The translations under genes were made by a program, and so were the position numbers. From the NCBI RefSeq assembly GCF_006345805.1, contig NC_043013.1, positions 7,192,001 through 7,256,000 on the forward strand: a DNA stretch of 64,000 bases, in the 5' to 3' direction. The notes under the pieces are model-generated. The model worked only from the letters and a program-made list of their open reading frames with translations, ran no database searches and was not told the origin of the DNA. The DNA is from Octopus sinensis (lineage: Eukaryota). Positions 11,881 through 27,010 of the stretch are shown here, piece after piece (within the stretch, counting starts at the first letter, position 1; each line of letters opens with the position of its first letter).

Positions 11881-13850
11881 CTACTCAGAACAATTGACTT
11901 CAGATGTTTGGACTCAAGCAATTTCATATTGTTACTCATCATTGCCTATCAATGGCACGGTCTGCCTACAAAACAAGAACTGTTTACTAAAAGGAATCTC
12001 GGCTCCTCCAGTCTTAACTCTTTTCACTACTGCTCCACTATTAGGCGATGGTGATGCTAGCAAGCTCAGACTTGCACATTTTTTTTTTGTACTCTTCCTG
12101 ACACCAATCACACAATACAGAAATGGAAATAATACTTGTTTTTCCACTAGTGTTTCTCACACTTGAAAACAACAACTCTAACCTAACCCATTGACTGATT
12201 TTGAACTCGGTGCCCTTCACTTCAATAATCTCACTGCTTCGCTTCTTAACCACACTTCTTCTACCTCTTAAAAAACGGATTTAGTCAGTCAGTAATTTCA
12301 TTCTGTTTTTTTTTTCTTCCGTGATTTTTATTTTTATTTTAACAACTAGTTTTAAGCATTTCAAAAGACTAAAAATTACTTAAGCTGTATGACGATGCTG
12401 TAAAAATAGAACTTGATTATAAACTGTGTTATAATGTACCAATCATGTAAAGTATAAACTAAAAGAGAATCAAACAAAAAAGAAAATGTGATTAAAAGAA
12501 AAAGAAAGGAAAAAGGCTTAATTAATTAATAGGGAGGGAAAAAAAAATCTTTAATTACCCAAGTAACTTAATTTCTGTCTAGTTCTCTAGTTTTATTTAT
12601 AATGCTAATCTGGAGGTTTATGGAGAGAGAGAGACTGATTAGAGGTAGTTTTGTAGCTTGCTTTGCTCGAATGAATAACAAATTGATTAAACAATAATAA
12701 CAACTACAACACTATCAGCAATAACAACACTTTTATCTACTGCTGTCAACAAAACTTTTTACCACTACTGCCAATAATAACACTAACACAAGCCAAGCCA
12801 AAACAATGAGGAAACTTTGATGCAGTATTTTAGCCGGTTCCTTGAAGTAGCCAAATCTTTTCAATCCTCTCTGGTCAATCTCTCATCAACTTCTTCAAGT
12901 ATCACTTGAAAAGGAAAGTGAGAGTAGAGAGGCAAGTTTTGTCTAGCGAATGTTTCAAAAAAGATGGGTAAAGATGAGTAGCAAGGATGGCACGTATGAA
13001 TGATGAAGCCACCTTGAGTTTGATCCTATGAAACCGGAAAAATTTAAAAACAGAGTTACTTGCAAATAAATGTGTTAACATGTGACATCATTGACTGAGG
13101 TTACCATGGTCTTTTCTGTAGGCTTTTCTTTCCACGGATAAACCTCATCTGTTTCCCCCTTTACACTTTATATCAGGACATTTCTGTGGTACACAATCTC
13201 CATTGATCGTCTTTTTCTCTCTATTTTTCTTTCTTTTCTCTTTCTCTTTCTCTCTTCTTTCCTCTTTACTATCCCTTTTGATCGAAAACCTACCCCTCCT
13301 TTTTTTTCTCCCCAGAAAGAAAAGCTCTACCTTGTAATATGACCGTAATCTGAATGCTAAAGAGTTAAAGTGATCTAAGTTAAAATCTTCCTTCAAAATT
13401 TTTGTTAATTTATGTTCCAAACACTAGATTCAACATGACAGCTATTTTACCAAATTCTTCATTATTTTCAAAATTTATTGAAAGAAATATGTATTTCAGC
13501 AGGAGTATGGTAACAAGAATTAAATTAGCGACCTCATGTCTTAATTTATGAGCTAAGAACTCTATGATAAAGATGGTTGACCCCAGCTTGAAGATTCTAT
13601 GTGGTTATTTGAACTATTTGAAATAATGGTCAAAACTCCCTTTAATTCCACTCTCATTTTTTTTTGAAAACTATTTGAATTTATTTAGATGATTTGCAAG
13701 GTTCGGTCTTATTCTTGTAGGAATTATGTGGATAGCAGGTTACTACCTGTAACCTTAGGCATCCACAAGTTTTCAGCTATCTTTCAAGTGCTTAGAACCA
13801 TCCTGATAATCCTAGCTGTCCCTAAGATACAAACTTTATTATTATTATTA

Positions 13851-13889
<39 letters not shown>

Positions 13890-15297
13890 CATTATTATTA
13901 TTACTATTACTATTATTATTATTATTATTATTATTGTTATTATTATTATTATTATTATTATTACGATGGCAGTAGGCTGGCTGAATTGTTAGCCTGCCAA
14001 AGAAAATACTTAGCAACATTTCTTCTGACTTAACATTCAGGGTTCAAATTCTGCCGAGGTCAACTTTGCCTTTCATCTTTTTGGGGTCAATAAAATAAGT
14101 ACCATTTCAGCCCTGGAGTCAATGTTATCAACTAGTCCCCACCACAAAAAAAAAAAAAAAAAATTTCAGGCCTTGTGTTTATAGTAGAAAGGATTGTTGT
14201 TGTTGTTATTTTGCTTTATTTGTTGTCTGGATATCAATGATTGTGGAATTGATCTGAGGTAATAGCCAATCAATAAGGATACTTATAAATAGTTATTTGA
14301 ACTGTTCAATATAATAGCCAAAATCTACTGCAATGAACTCTTTGACCATCTTTGAAATTTTGTGTGTGTGTATGATGATGATGGTGGTGATGGTTGTGGC
14401 AGTGGTGGTGGATGTATTTTAACTGAAAAAAATTTGGTGGTCAGTATGTCTACAATTCAGATGATCAGAAACAAATAGAATTAGGCTTAGCTGATGATCA
14501 AGTTAGACCAACATACTGGTATCTTTTGTTTATTATTTTTTTATGCTTGATGCTTAACTTGACTGATATGGTAATAAATTTTAATTGATTTAAAATTACA
14601 TATTTATCTCCCCTAACTTTCTTGACCAGAATTAATCTGGATTTGTAGGGGTTTTTTTTTGCTTGTTCTTTTTTTTTTGTCTTTTCTTTCCTGAATATAG
14701 GTGTAATAATAATTAATCTTTTTGGCTTGGTTCGCATTAAGTTAACACATTCTAATTTAAATCAACAATGGTCTAATTATATTAGCACCAATTTTCCCTC
14801 TTATTTTGGGTAGCCAACATGCACAGAAATCTTATTTTGTGCAAATTTACTATTCTATGACAAAGTACATGTGCACTGAATACATAAGTATAATTAGTAA
14901 TTACTGAATGTGTAATACGTAATAATTATTAATTAGTACCTGATTTTAGGTAACTAGCTTTTTGTGTGCACATTAATTTCCTGTGCGCATATTCATTTCT
15001 TTTATGTACTGGTTGCAAAATGTGTATGTGTCTGTATGCACAGTTCATAGGTAAAAACAGTTAGCACCAACTTAACTATTTGTTTTTTGTCCAGAAAGCA
15101 TCCCTGTGCAAAGCTTCTCCTCCAGTTTTTCTGTTATTAATAGTAGAAAGGTGGTGGATAGGCAGAACCATTAGAAAGTTGGACTAAATGTTATGGTATT
15201 ATCTGTTCTGACTCTTTACACCCTGAGTTGAAAGCCCATCAAGCTCAGCTTAGCCTTTCTGGAGTTGACTTGATAAAACAAAACTGTCATTCTAAAA

Positions 15298-16248
15298 CAG
15301 GGGTTGCCAAACTTTTTCAACCATCAACCTCCCTTTAGCCATTTCTCCTTCCGTATCGACCCCCTCTAGCCATTCCCCATTCTGCATCAACCACCCTCCT
15401 CATTTAAAGTATCTTAATACCCTACCCTACGTACCATATCTTAAATGCATACTGGGTACTGATGCTGGCAATTAAAATGTTAGCTAAAATATACATGTGC
15501 GACAAATTAAGAAATTCTATTGAAGATGACACACTTTTTACATTTAAAACTTTACTCTTTACTCTCTCTTTTACTTGTTTCAGTCATTTGGCTGGAGCAC
15601 CACCTTTAGTCGAGCAAATCGACCCCAGAACTTATTCTTTGTAAGCCTAGTACTTATTCTATCGGTATCTTTTGCTGAACCACTAAGTTATGGGGACATA
15701 AACACACCCAGCATCGGTTGTCAAGTGATGTTGGTGGGGGGAGGGACAAACACAGACGCACAAACATATACACACACGTACATGTATATATATACATATA
15801 TATACAATGGGTTTCTTTCAGTTTACGTCTACCAAATCCACTCACAAGGCTTTGGTTGGCCCGAGGCTATAGTAGAAGACACTTTCCCAAGGTGCCATGC
15901 AGTGGGACTGAACCCCCAACCATGTGATTGGTAAGCAAGCTACTTACCACACAGCCACTCCTATGCCTATATACAAGTATACATTATTAAACTTTAAATT
16001 TTTATGAAATTGTTTTCACGGTTAGAAAATGTGAAAAACACATCATATTGCTGGAATATCTTTTACTGAAATTGACAACATCATTGTGAGGGATGGTCAT
16101 GTCGCTAACTAAGTATTTGAAGCAGTTCATCTGAGTGAGATGGTCTTTTGTACATCGACCCCCATTCGACCCTTTGGATATTACTGACCCCTGTAATTCT
16201 TCACCATCCCCTAGGGAGGGACCCTCAGACCCCCTTTGGTGACCCCTG
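15298..16248. mobile_element. Non-autonomous hAT element with nested SINE
   Basis: TIRs CAGGGGTTGCCAAA / TTTGGTGACCCCTG; 8-bp TSD TTCTAAAA / GTCTAAAA; subterminal GACCCC repeats. Confidence 0.8.
15551..15968 (-). mobile_element. SINE family B nested in hAT element
   Basis: Reverse complement of the 30557 family. Confidence 0.88.
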
Positions 16249-17199
16249 GTCTAAAACTAGCATTTATAGTATCAACTAACCCCATTTCTCAAAAATTGCT
16301 GGCCTTGTGACTAAATCAGAAACAATAGGTGAAGAGCTGCCTACTAGCAAAATTGTTGGGAGGTGGATGTGCATGGCAAGCATGGTCTGAGTAAACAGGC
16401 CTACTCTGATTTTGTGCCCTTCCAAATGAGAGGGACAAATAGGAAAGGATTCTTGCTTTAGTGTTCAAGGCGACCATGGTTTTTGTGGGGTTTCCATGAA
16501 TAGCCTTTGGAAGTCCTCCTCACCTTTGGGAAATTTTTGCGTTTTGAGTTTTTTGGGGGTTTTTTTTGTTATATCTCTACATGTTTTGCGTGTAACTCCA
16601 CTCTATCATCTTGGACTATCTGCAACCTCTTTGTCTGCCCTTTATGGCAGTGAGCTGGGAAAGTTGCTGGAGCATCATCAACATGCCTTGTAATATTTCA
16701 GCTCTCTAATCTGTGCACTTCATTCAAAGTTCACCAAGGTTAGATTTACCTTTCATCCTTTATGGGGTTGATAACATAATGCATCAGTTAAGTACTAGGG
16801 TCAATATAATCAACAACATCTTCCTCCTATACCTGCTGGCAAATAGAAACACAGGGGGATGTGCTGGACAAAATGTTGTGAGGCATTTTGTCTGTCTTTA
16901 AATTCTAAGTTCAAACTTCACCAAAGTCACCTTTGCCTTTCATCATTGTGGGGGTTGATAAAATAGGTAGCAGTCAATCACTATTATCATATACACTTTA
17001 TGTAGTTGTTTGATCAGCTAGAAATAGCAGACGAATATGTCTCCGATCATATTCTTTAAAAAAATGAAGAAAGAAGGATATTTTAGATAATGTAGCCTAA
17101 TTATAAATGGTCTGAAAAGACATGATGGTCATGGCTGGAATGCCTTTGAGCAGAGGTTAGAACCATTGCTGACCTGGGGTTAAGCAGTAATAAAACTAT

Positions 17200-17971
17200 G
17201 ATGACCATAGCTCTCACATTTATGGCCACAACTACATGTATCACCATGACCACTATCACAATTACGACCACCACCACCACCACCAATACCACTATCATCT
17301 CTTCACCACCACTATCACCACAACGGATACCTTATCACCACTGCCACTTTCACGACCAACACTACCACCACCACCACAATCAGCACAACTAACACCACTA
17401 TCACCTCTTCACCACCACTATCACCACAGGACACCTTGTCACCACTATCACCACAACCAATACAACAATAATCCACACCATTATCAGCAAATCACTATCA
17501 ACTACATCACCACCACCACCACCACCACCACCACTGTTCTCAACACTTCTACTTCTACCAACACCACTACCACTGATACTACTACCACCACCACCACCAC
17601 AGTGACATTAACAACAATCTATATTATTCATTGTTCTCTAATTTAATTAATATCTTGCAGTACTTCAAATACCAAACAAGCAATAGTGCTATTGTTGTTG
17701 TTGTGGTGGTGGTTGTAGTGGGGATGGTGGTGGTGGTAATGGTGGTGGTGGTGGTGGTGGTGGTTGTATTGATGATGGGGTGGTGATGATGGGTGATAGT
17801 GGTGGTGATGGTGGTATTGACGATGGGGTGGTGGTAGTGGTGGTAATGATGATGGGGTGGTAATGATGGTTGTGGTGGTGGTGGTAGTGGTGGTGGTGGT
17901 GATTGCGGTGGTGGTGGTTGCTTCCTGACTTCTCAGGATGTAGCTGGCTCTGCTGCTGCTGCTACTGCTGT

Positions 17972-18046
<75 letters not shown>

Positions 18047-18062
18047 TACTACTACTACTACT
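17200..18062. repeat. (CAC)/(GGT)/(TAC) trinucleotide low-complexity region
   Basis: Read directly from the sequence. Confidence 0.92.
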
Positions 18063-18381
18063 GTAAGCTGGCAAACAAGGTGCAAATGATATACAAACTT
18101 CACAGTTGATAGTTGTTACAAAGCCTTGTAATCTTATTTGTAGCATCTAATCAGATTGCCACACTTTAATGAATGTTAATTGATTTCCTGTTGTATGTTA
18201 ATTTTATTTGGGCCAATATAGCCACTTAATGGTAGTGTTTGTTGTTGTTTGTGTAATAAGGGAGGGTAAGATGAAAACATTACAGGAGTGGCCGACTCAA
18301 TAGGGTGGAGCCGAATAGTCAGGCAGATATAAGTGAAATAAAGACTAGCAAGGGAATAAATTGACTGTGTTTGTGTGTGTA

Positions 18382-18414
<33 letters not shown>

Positions 18415-19988
18415 GGCTCTGTTTGTGTTTTGATATGTGTGCTCATATATCACCATCATCATCGTCATTTAGCGTCCGCTTTCCATGCTAGCATGGGTTG
18501 GACGGTTCAACTGGGGTCCAGGAAGCCAGAAGGCTGCATCAGGCCCAGTCTGATCTGGCAGTGTTTCTACGGCTGGATGCCCTTCCTAACGCCAAACACT
18601 CCGAGAGTGTAGTGGGTGATTTTTACGTGGTATATATATATAGGTATCATTATCTTCGTTTTACGTCCGCTTTCCATGCTAGCATGGGTTAGACAATTTG
18701 ACTGAGGACTGGTGAACCCAGATGGCTTCACCAGGCTCCAATCTTGATCTGGCAGAGTTTCTACAGCACCTAACTGGCTTCTGTGCCAGTGACACATAAA
18801 AAGCACCATTCGAGCGTGATCGTTACCAGTGTCGCCTTACTAACACTTGTGCCAGTGGCACATGAAAAAACATTCGAGTGAGGTCGTTGCCAATGCCACT
18901 GGACTGGCTCCCATGCAGGTGGCACGTAAAAAACACCATTTGAGTGTGACCGTTGCCAGTACTGCCTGACTGGCCCTCGTGCTGGTGGCACGTAAAAGCA
19001 CCCACTACACTCTTGGAGTGGTTGGCGTAGGAAGGGCATCCAGCTGTAGAAACTCAGCCAGATCAAGACTGGAGCCTGGTACAGCCATCTGGTTCGCCAG
19101 TCCTCAGTAAAAATCGTCCAACCCATGCTAGCATGGAAAGCAGACGATAAACGATGATGATGATGATGATGATGATGTAGGTATGTCATTATTCAGTTTA
19201 TTTCAAGATTTCTTCCCAATAGAGAAAGAACCAGTTTCTAAACTAGATCCAAGGCTCCTTCATTGGAATTTCAACATCAACAACAGTGTATTTTGTTTGT
19301 TTGTATGTATGTATGTATGTATATAGGTAGGTGTGTATGTATCATTCTGAGTATATGTAGATATATGTGTTAATGTATATGTATATATATGCGTCAAGCC
19401 TAATTGTGTTTATCTGCATCACTGCCTATATATACATGCACACATACATGCACACATGCATAGCTGCAAGCCTGTCTGTGTTGTTAAGTAGTTCACTTTG
19501 CAATGATGTGGTTTCTGGTTCAGTCTCTCTATTTGGCACCTTGTGCAAGTGTCTTTTACTATAGCCCCAGGCAAGCCAATGCTTGTGATTGAAATTGGCA
19601 GCTGGAAACTGTATGGAAGCTTATCACACATGCACACACACACACGTGCACATGTATCATCATCATTTAACATCTGTCTTTCCATGGTGGCATGAGTTGG
19701 ACTGTTTGACCGGAACTAGCAAGTCAGAAGGCTGCACCAAGCTCCTCTGCCTGCTTTGGTATGATGTCTATGGCTGGATGCCATTCCTAACACCAACCAT
19801 GTTACAGAGAGTATATATTTATAAAATACTCTGTGGTAAAGGAGCCAACTTCTCAACCACATGGTTTCAGCCTAGTACTTATTCTATTATTCTCTTTTGC
19901 CAAACCGCTAAGTTATGTGGATGTAAACATACCAGCATCGATTGTCAAGCGATGTTGGGGAGACAAACATAGACACACACATACAAAC

Positions 19989-20019
<31 letters not shown>

Positions 20020-20924
20020 TACGACACACTTCTTTTCAGTTTCTGTCTACTAAATTCACTCACAAGGCTTTGGTCAGCCCAAGACTATAACAGAAGACAC
20101 TTGCCCAAGGTGCCACGTAGTGGGACTGAACCCGGAACCATGTGGTGCGTAAGCAAGCTACTTACCACACAGCCACTCTTACGCCTATATCTTCACATTC
20201 TGAGCTCAAATCCCACCAAGGTCAACTTTACCTTCCATCCTATCAGGGTTGATAAATACAACATACCAGCCAAACAAACAATCGATTTAATTGACTGGTT
20301 TCCTGCCTCCTCAACCACCAAATTTTAGATTTTGTGTCTATCTTGTAAACAAATGTTAAGTGCTGGGGGTTCATCTGGTTCTTTACATTCTGAATTGAAA
20401 TAACATTGAGGTTAACTTTGCTTTCCATTTCTTTCAGAATCAATAAAATAAAATACCAATCAAGTATTGTAATTGACCTACTCTTTTCCTCTAAAACAAC
20501 TGGCTTTGAGCCAAAATTTGAAACAATGGCAGCGAGCTAGTAGATTCATTAGCATGTTGGACAAAATGCTTAGCCAATTTCTTTTGAACCCTTTGCCTTC
20601 TGATTTCAAATACTGCCAAGGTCAGCTTTGCTTTTCATCTTTTCTGGGTCAGTGAAATTAAGTAACAGCCAAGTACTGGTGTTAATGTAATCGTTTTGCC
20701 CCTCCTCTCAAAACTGCTGGCCTTGTGTGCCAAAACTAGAAAGAATTATTGTTTAAGGCAGTCAGCACTGGTGCCATATAAGATCTACGATGTGCACTCT
20801 GTTAAGTGGTTGGCATTAGGAAAGACGTTCAACTGTAGAAACGATGCCAAATAGACCTTGTTGGTGCTGGTGTGGTGCTGGTGCCATGTAAAAAGCATCT
20901 ACTCTACTCTGTAAAGTTTGCTTT

Positions 20925-21170
20925 AGGAAGGGCATCCAGCTGTGAAAAACCATGCCAAGACAGACCTCGCCACTGCTGGTATCATGTTAAAACCGCCTTG
21001 TCCACCTTGTAAAGTGGGGTTGGCATTAGGAAGGGCATCCAGCTGTGAAAAACCATGCCAAGACAGACCTCGTCACTGCTGGTATCATGTTAAAACCACC
21101 TAGTCCACCCTGTAAAGTGGTTGGCACTAGGAAGGGCATCCAGCTGTGAAAACCATGCCAAGACAGACAG
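20925..21170. repeat. ~100-bp tandem triplication of a family D-like segment
   Basis: AGGAAGGGCATCCAGCTGTGAAAA(A)CCATGCCAAGACAGAC occurs three times at ~100-bp spacing. Confidence 0.85.
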
Positions 21171-21883
21171 TGGAGCTTGGTGCAAGTTTTCTGGCTTGCC
21201 ACTTCTCGTCAAACCATCCAGCATAGAAGACATGTTAAATGATGGGTGGTGGTGGTGGTGGTGGTGATGATGATGATGATGTGGTAAGCTAGCAAAATGG
21301 CTAAATCGTTAGCAGCTTGAACAAAATGCCTAGTTATGTTTCCCCTAATTCTTTATACATTCTGAGATTCTGAGTTCAATTACCACTGAGATCGACTTTG
21401 CCTTTTCGTCTTTCAAGTAGGGCAGGGGGACGATGAAATAAGATGAAATAAGTACCAGTCGAGCACTGGATCCATGTAATTGACTAAATACTCCCCCCCA
21501 ACCCCAACCCCACCCCCAAACTTCAGGCCTTGTGCCTATCTGGAGTAGAAAGGATTATTATCGTTAGGTTGAATGATGTGGTGATGATAATGATGACAGA
21601 TAAAGTGGTGTTTCCTTTCTTTCCAGTTGCATATTTATATGTTACTATTGTTAATTACAGGAGATTATCTCTCCCTCCCTCCCTCCCCTCTCCCCCCCGT
21701 CTTTCTCCATTTGTTTTTGCTAGCCACCACCACCAGCACCACCACCACCACTGCCACCACTCACTCAGATCTCCCTCCTAGGAGTATTGTCAGTCCCATG
21801 TGTAATCTCTGCTTGTTAAGTCAGCTGTTGAAATTTGGGATTAATTGTTTAAAGTGATACACGCTGCAGGATTAAATACTTAC

Positions 21884-21998
21884 CATCATCATCATCATCA
21901 TCGTCGTCGTCATCGTCATCATCAGCCCGCAGCCAGTGTCCCCCGAAACCTCCACCTCCACCTACCGGCATCTCCAGCATCACCACTGCTGTCGCCAT
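21884..21998 (-). CDS. Candidate first coding exon of an unidentified minus-strand gene
   Basis: CpG-rich island. ATGGCG start at 21998, open for 38 codons (MATAVVMLEMPVGGGGGFGGHWLRA+D13), then G|GTAAGT consensus donor (phase 1). No recognisable homology and no confirmed downstream exon. Confidence 0.45.
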
Positions 21999-22371
21999 CG
22001 GTTTGACCGTGTGCAATTAATTTGGAATCTCTCAAGTTATTCCTTCAAATTTTATTCATCGTTAGCAGATTAAGCTTGGGAATGTTAGCGATTTATTTAT
22101 CTCTCCCTCTCTCTCTATATCTCTCTCTCTCTCTCTCTCTCTCATGTATGTGTGTGCACACACATATTTATACACACTTATGCATGTCTATACATACTCA
22201 TACACACACATACACAGAACAGAGATACTCATACAAAAGGAAAGCCAAAAATAGTGGCATGATGATCCAAATGCTTATTATTTTGTTTATCTCTTTATAT
22301 ATCTATTTGTCTGTTTGTCTGTACATATATGAGTGTGTGTGTGTGTGTGTGTATGTATATATATATATTCA

Positions 22372-22570
22372 CTTTTACTCTTTTACTTGTTTCAGTCATT
22401 TGACTGCGGCCATGCTGGAGCACCGCCTTTAGTCGAGCAAATCGACCCCATGACTTATTCTTTGTAAGCTCAGTACTTATTCTATCAGTCTCTTTTGCCG
22501 AACCGCTAAGTTACGGGGACGTAAACACACCAGCATCAGTTGTTAAGCGATGTTGGGGGTACAAACACAA

Positions 22571-22608
<38 letters not shown>

Positions 22609-23025
22609 GTAGGCGGCGAGCTGGCAGAGACGTTAGCATGCCGGAAGAAGTGCTTCGCGGTATTTCGCCCGTCGCTACGTTCTGAGTTCAAATTCCGCCG
22701 AGGTCAACTTTGCCTTTCATCCTTTCGGGGTCGATAAATTAAGTACCAGTTACGCACTGGGGCCGATGTAATCGACTTAATCCGTTTGTCTGTCCTTGTT
22801 TGTCCCCTCTATGTTTAGCCCCTTGTGGGTAGTAAAGAAACATATATATATACATATATACGATGGGCTTCTTTCAGTTTCCGTCTACCAAATCCACTCA
22901 CAAAGCTTTGGTCAGCTCGAGGCTATAGTAGAAGACACTTGCCCAAGTTTCCACACAGTTGGATTGAACCCGGAACCATGTGGTTGGTAAGCAAGCTACT
23001 TACCACACAGTCACTCCTACGCCTA
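22372..23025 (-). mobile_element. SINE family B with a family C SINE (22611-22840, +) inserted in its internal TA tract
   Basis: The B halves join across the C copy. Confidence 0.88.
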
Positions 23026-23384
23026 TATATATATGTATATCATCATCATTGTTTAACAACTGCCTTTCATGCTGGTATGGTTTGGACAGTTAGACGGGAG
23101 CTGGCCAGGCAGGAGACTGCACCAGACTTCTGTACCTGTTTTGGCATGGCTTTTATGGCTGGATGCCCTTCCTAACACCAATCACTCAGCAGAGGGGACT
23201 TAGTGCTTTTTACATGGCACAAGCACAGGCAAGGTCAGCTTTGGCATGATTTTTTACAGCTAGATGCCCTTCAAAACATCAACCACTTTAGAGTGAGGAC
23301 TTTTTATGTGGCACCAACACTGGTAGGGTCACCAAGTAACTTGCAAGACAAAGATCATATATATATATATATACGATGGTTGTC

Positions 23385-23850
23385 CACTCGTGATCAAGGA
23401 AGACCATTGCTGACCTTCAGGAACATTGTGTGCTCTAGAACTAACTTATATTTTGCATTTGCGGCTCCATTGGTGGCTAGTGAGTCCTGCTCTTGACAAG
23501 CATACATGAATGCAAACATTGCAGACCAAGCTTTCCCCATTCACTACACCAGCTGTGCACTTTTGCGCAGCACACTTAAGTTCTTCATGCTGAATACGTG
23601 CTCTCTCAAAAGTGTTCATCCCCTCCTTAACCTGCTTCCTCCATCTGTGACAGTGACAGGCATTGTTCTCCCAGTCAGTGTCCTGCACATCACAGGCCTT
23701 TAATGAGGACTTGGCACAGTACTTAAATCGCAGTCTTGGTTTCTGCTGGGGTCTCTTTCCATTCACAAGTTCTCCATATAGCATCTGCTTAGGGATTCTG
23801 CTATCCTTCATTTTAATAAGTGTCCAGTCCAATGTAACTGGACATCTTAT
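23385..23850 (-). mobile_element. RTE-clade LINE 3' end with C-terminal C2H2-like knuckle
   Basis: RIPKQMLYGELVNGKRPQQKPRLRF...W...LVCNVCIHVCLSRAGLTSHQWS. Confidence 0.85.
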
Positions 23851-23859
23851 TAGAATATA

Positions 23860-23919
<60 letters not shown>

Positions 23920-24329
23920 TACATACGGAGGACAGTCATATTATGTGGCTAAAGATAGTGGTATGCAGGTCTTAATAACCAACAGTATTTGGCATTCTAC
24001 TTGTGCCAGCCTTGAGTTATATTATCATTCTAGTGTCTCCAATGTTATCATTAGTCATACAGTCATAACATAAGATCGATTCAGTCAACTATTTCACTTT
24101 TTCCCTATATCAGTTTGTGGGTTTTGGCTCCAATGTGAGAAATCAATATTTAGTATTGGTCACGTGGGCCAGACTGCTAGTCCTCTTTTTGCATCTGACC
24201 GTGGTCACTGCTACATTGATATTCTTCCCTGTGTTTGCGAAAGTTCTGTATCTCTGCTGTAAGGCTTCATCTCCACACGCCAGCTGAATTCAATTCATCC
24301 CTAGTCGAAAGACACCTGTTGTTATGTCC

Positions 24330-24366
<37 letters not shown>

Positions 24367-25999
24367 ATATTTTTGCATTTATATTTGTGCAATATTGTCT
24401 GGTTTTCCGTCCTTGTTTTCGTATACATTCGATGATTTCTTCCAAGGAATCTAATGCTCTTAGCTTTGTCTTTCTTTGGGGCTGGCCAGATTGGAGCAAT
24501 CTCAAGATTAATCAACAAACTTGCGGGGATGATCCGGTTCTTGACTAAGGATAAAAAGCTTCGAACGACCCATTCTTGTTTTTTTGTATCGTCTATCTGG
24601 ATGTTTTGTTGTCCCTTTTGTATCACCTTGTTGTCCTGATGTTTTGCGTTCTTGTCCCATTTTGTATTTTATATATATATATAGCAGCGTATGTACACTT
24701 TGTTCTCTTATATGTGTATATATATATATATGTATGTATGTATATATCTATGTGTTTGTGTTTGCTTGCTACCTCTGCTTGACAACCAATGTTAGTTTAT
24801 TTATGTTCTTGTACTTGACAGTTCAGCAAAAGACATCAATAAAATTAATAGTAGGCTTAAAAAAATACTGAGGTTAATTTATTTTTTAGCAAACCCTTTA
24901 GGCTGTTCCCTCAGCATGGCTGCAGTCCAATGACCAAAACAAATTAAAGATAGATGATATTGTGACTAACCCCTTAATCTGATATGGGACCATCAATGAG
25001 CTGTGGGTACTGCATATTTACTTCACAATAACTATTTGTCACCTTGGGCAAATGTCTTCTACTATAGCCTCAGGCTAACCAAAGCCTTGTGAATGGATTT
25101 GGCAGATGGAAACTGAAAGAAGCCTGTTGTATACATGTGTGTGTGTGTGTGTCTTTGTGTCTGTGTTTGTCCCCCACCACCACTCAACAACCAGTGTTGG
25201 TGTGTTTACATCCCTGTAATGTAGCAGTTAGGCGAAAGGGACCGATAGGATAAGTACCAGGCTTTAAAAAATAATCCCTGGGGTCGATTTGTTCGACTAA
25301 ATAAAACCCTTTAAGGCCATGCCCCAGCATGGCCACTGTCAAGTGACGGAAGCAAGTAAAAGATAAAAAGAAATATTGGTTTCAAATTTCAGAGGATGAG
25401 GATAAACCAATTACATGGCTCCCCCAGCACTCAGCTGGTGTTGTTTTATCGACCCCGAAAGAACGAGAGGCAATGTCGACCTCAGAAGAATTTGAACTTA
25501 GAATGTAAAGATGGGCGAAATGCGCCAAGCATTTTACCCAGTGTGCTAACACTTCCTCCGGCTTGCCACCCTTAGTTAAAGAAATATGCAGGCCTATATC
25601 TATGTCTATGTACTGTAAAAGAGATTAACTAACTGATAATAAGATTTATTAGTAGTGTGATAGTAGCTAATATTGTTGTTGCTGCTGTTGTTGTTGTTTT
25701 GCTCAAGGTCAGTCCTGATCAAGCAGACTTATGTTTGATCAGATGTGGTCCAGCCTTGATCTTCTTGTAATTTTTTTTTCCAGACTGTGTATTTAGTATC
25801 TAAATCTAGAACTATGCTGTAACTATGCTGTACAATGTGTCTTTTTCTGTGGTTCTTTTTTTTTTTTTGAAGAGATGACATGATGTGATATAAGGAAAAA
25901 ATTTAGCTGTTACTTCTTTCATAGCGCTTACTTGTTCACATGCTTGCTACCATGGATTGTGGTGATTGATCACTTCTTCATAATAGGCTTTTACAAAAA

Positions 26000-26001
26000 G
26001 A

Positions 26002-26038
<37 letters not shown>

Positions 26039-26052
26039 TGTGCATGTGTATA

Positions 26053-26086
<34 letters not shown>

Positions 26087-26158
26087 TATATATATATGTG
26101 TATGTATGTATATATATATGTGTGTGTGTGTGTGTGTGAAGGTATATATGTAAGTACA

Positions 26159-26196
<38 letters not shown>

Positions 26197-26284
26197 ATTA
26201 TATATATGATATGTGTGTATGTATGTATATATATATATGTGTGTGTGTGAAGGTATATATGTAAGTGCATGTGTGTGTGTTTGT

Positions 26285-26326
<42 letters not shown>

Positions 26327-26474
26327 AGTTGGCTTAATAGAGAATCATGCGAACACACAATTACCATGACTCAGTTTTGTCCTTCACACGAAATCCTGGG
26401 TCAGGGCAACCATTTGTTCATATGATTGTCATTAAACTATATCGTAACAAACTTTCTATACAGAACCACAACAG

Positions 26475-26519
<45 letters not shown>

Positions 26520-26591
26520 ACACACACACACATGTAAGCATGTGCATGTATGGACACAGGTGTGTGTGTGTGAACATGTGTGTATGTGTGC

Positions 26592-26626
<35 letters not shown>

Positions 26627-26818
26627 CTAAATTCTACAAAATGTATTCATACATACATACATGCATACATACATAAATATATACATACACACACACACAC
26701 CACACATATATATGTGTGTGTGTGTATATGTATATATGTGTATATGTATAAATATGTATATGTATAAATATGCATATGTATATATAAGCATATGTATATA
26801 TATGCATATGTATATATG

Positions 26819-26859
<41 letters not shown>

Positions 26860-26929
26860 ATATATATATATATATTTATATATGTATATATATATTTATA
26901 TATGTATATATATATATATATTATACATG

Positions 26930-26963
<34 letters not shown>

Positions 26964-26967
26964 ATAT

Positions 26968-27010
<43 letters not shown>

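Noticed and set aside
11932-12253. Overlapping minus-strand ORFs as exons of the 21998 gene
   Set aside because: No convincing splice sites; frames switch; looks like a decayed TE leader.
13145-13420. K/E/R-rich 91-aa ORF
   Set aside because: The charge-rich part derives from a GA-rich low-complexity tract within what appears to be a repeat; no splice support.
17200-17920. Apparent large inverted repeat (CAC-rich then GGT-rich)
   Set aside because: Complementarity is only trinucleotide composition; no specific alignment between arms.
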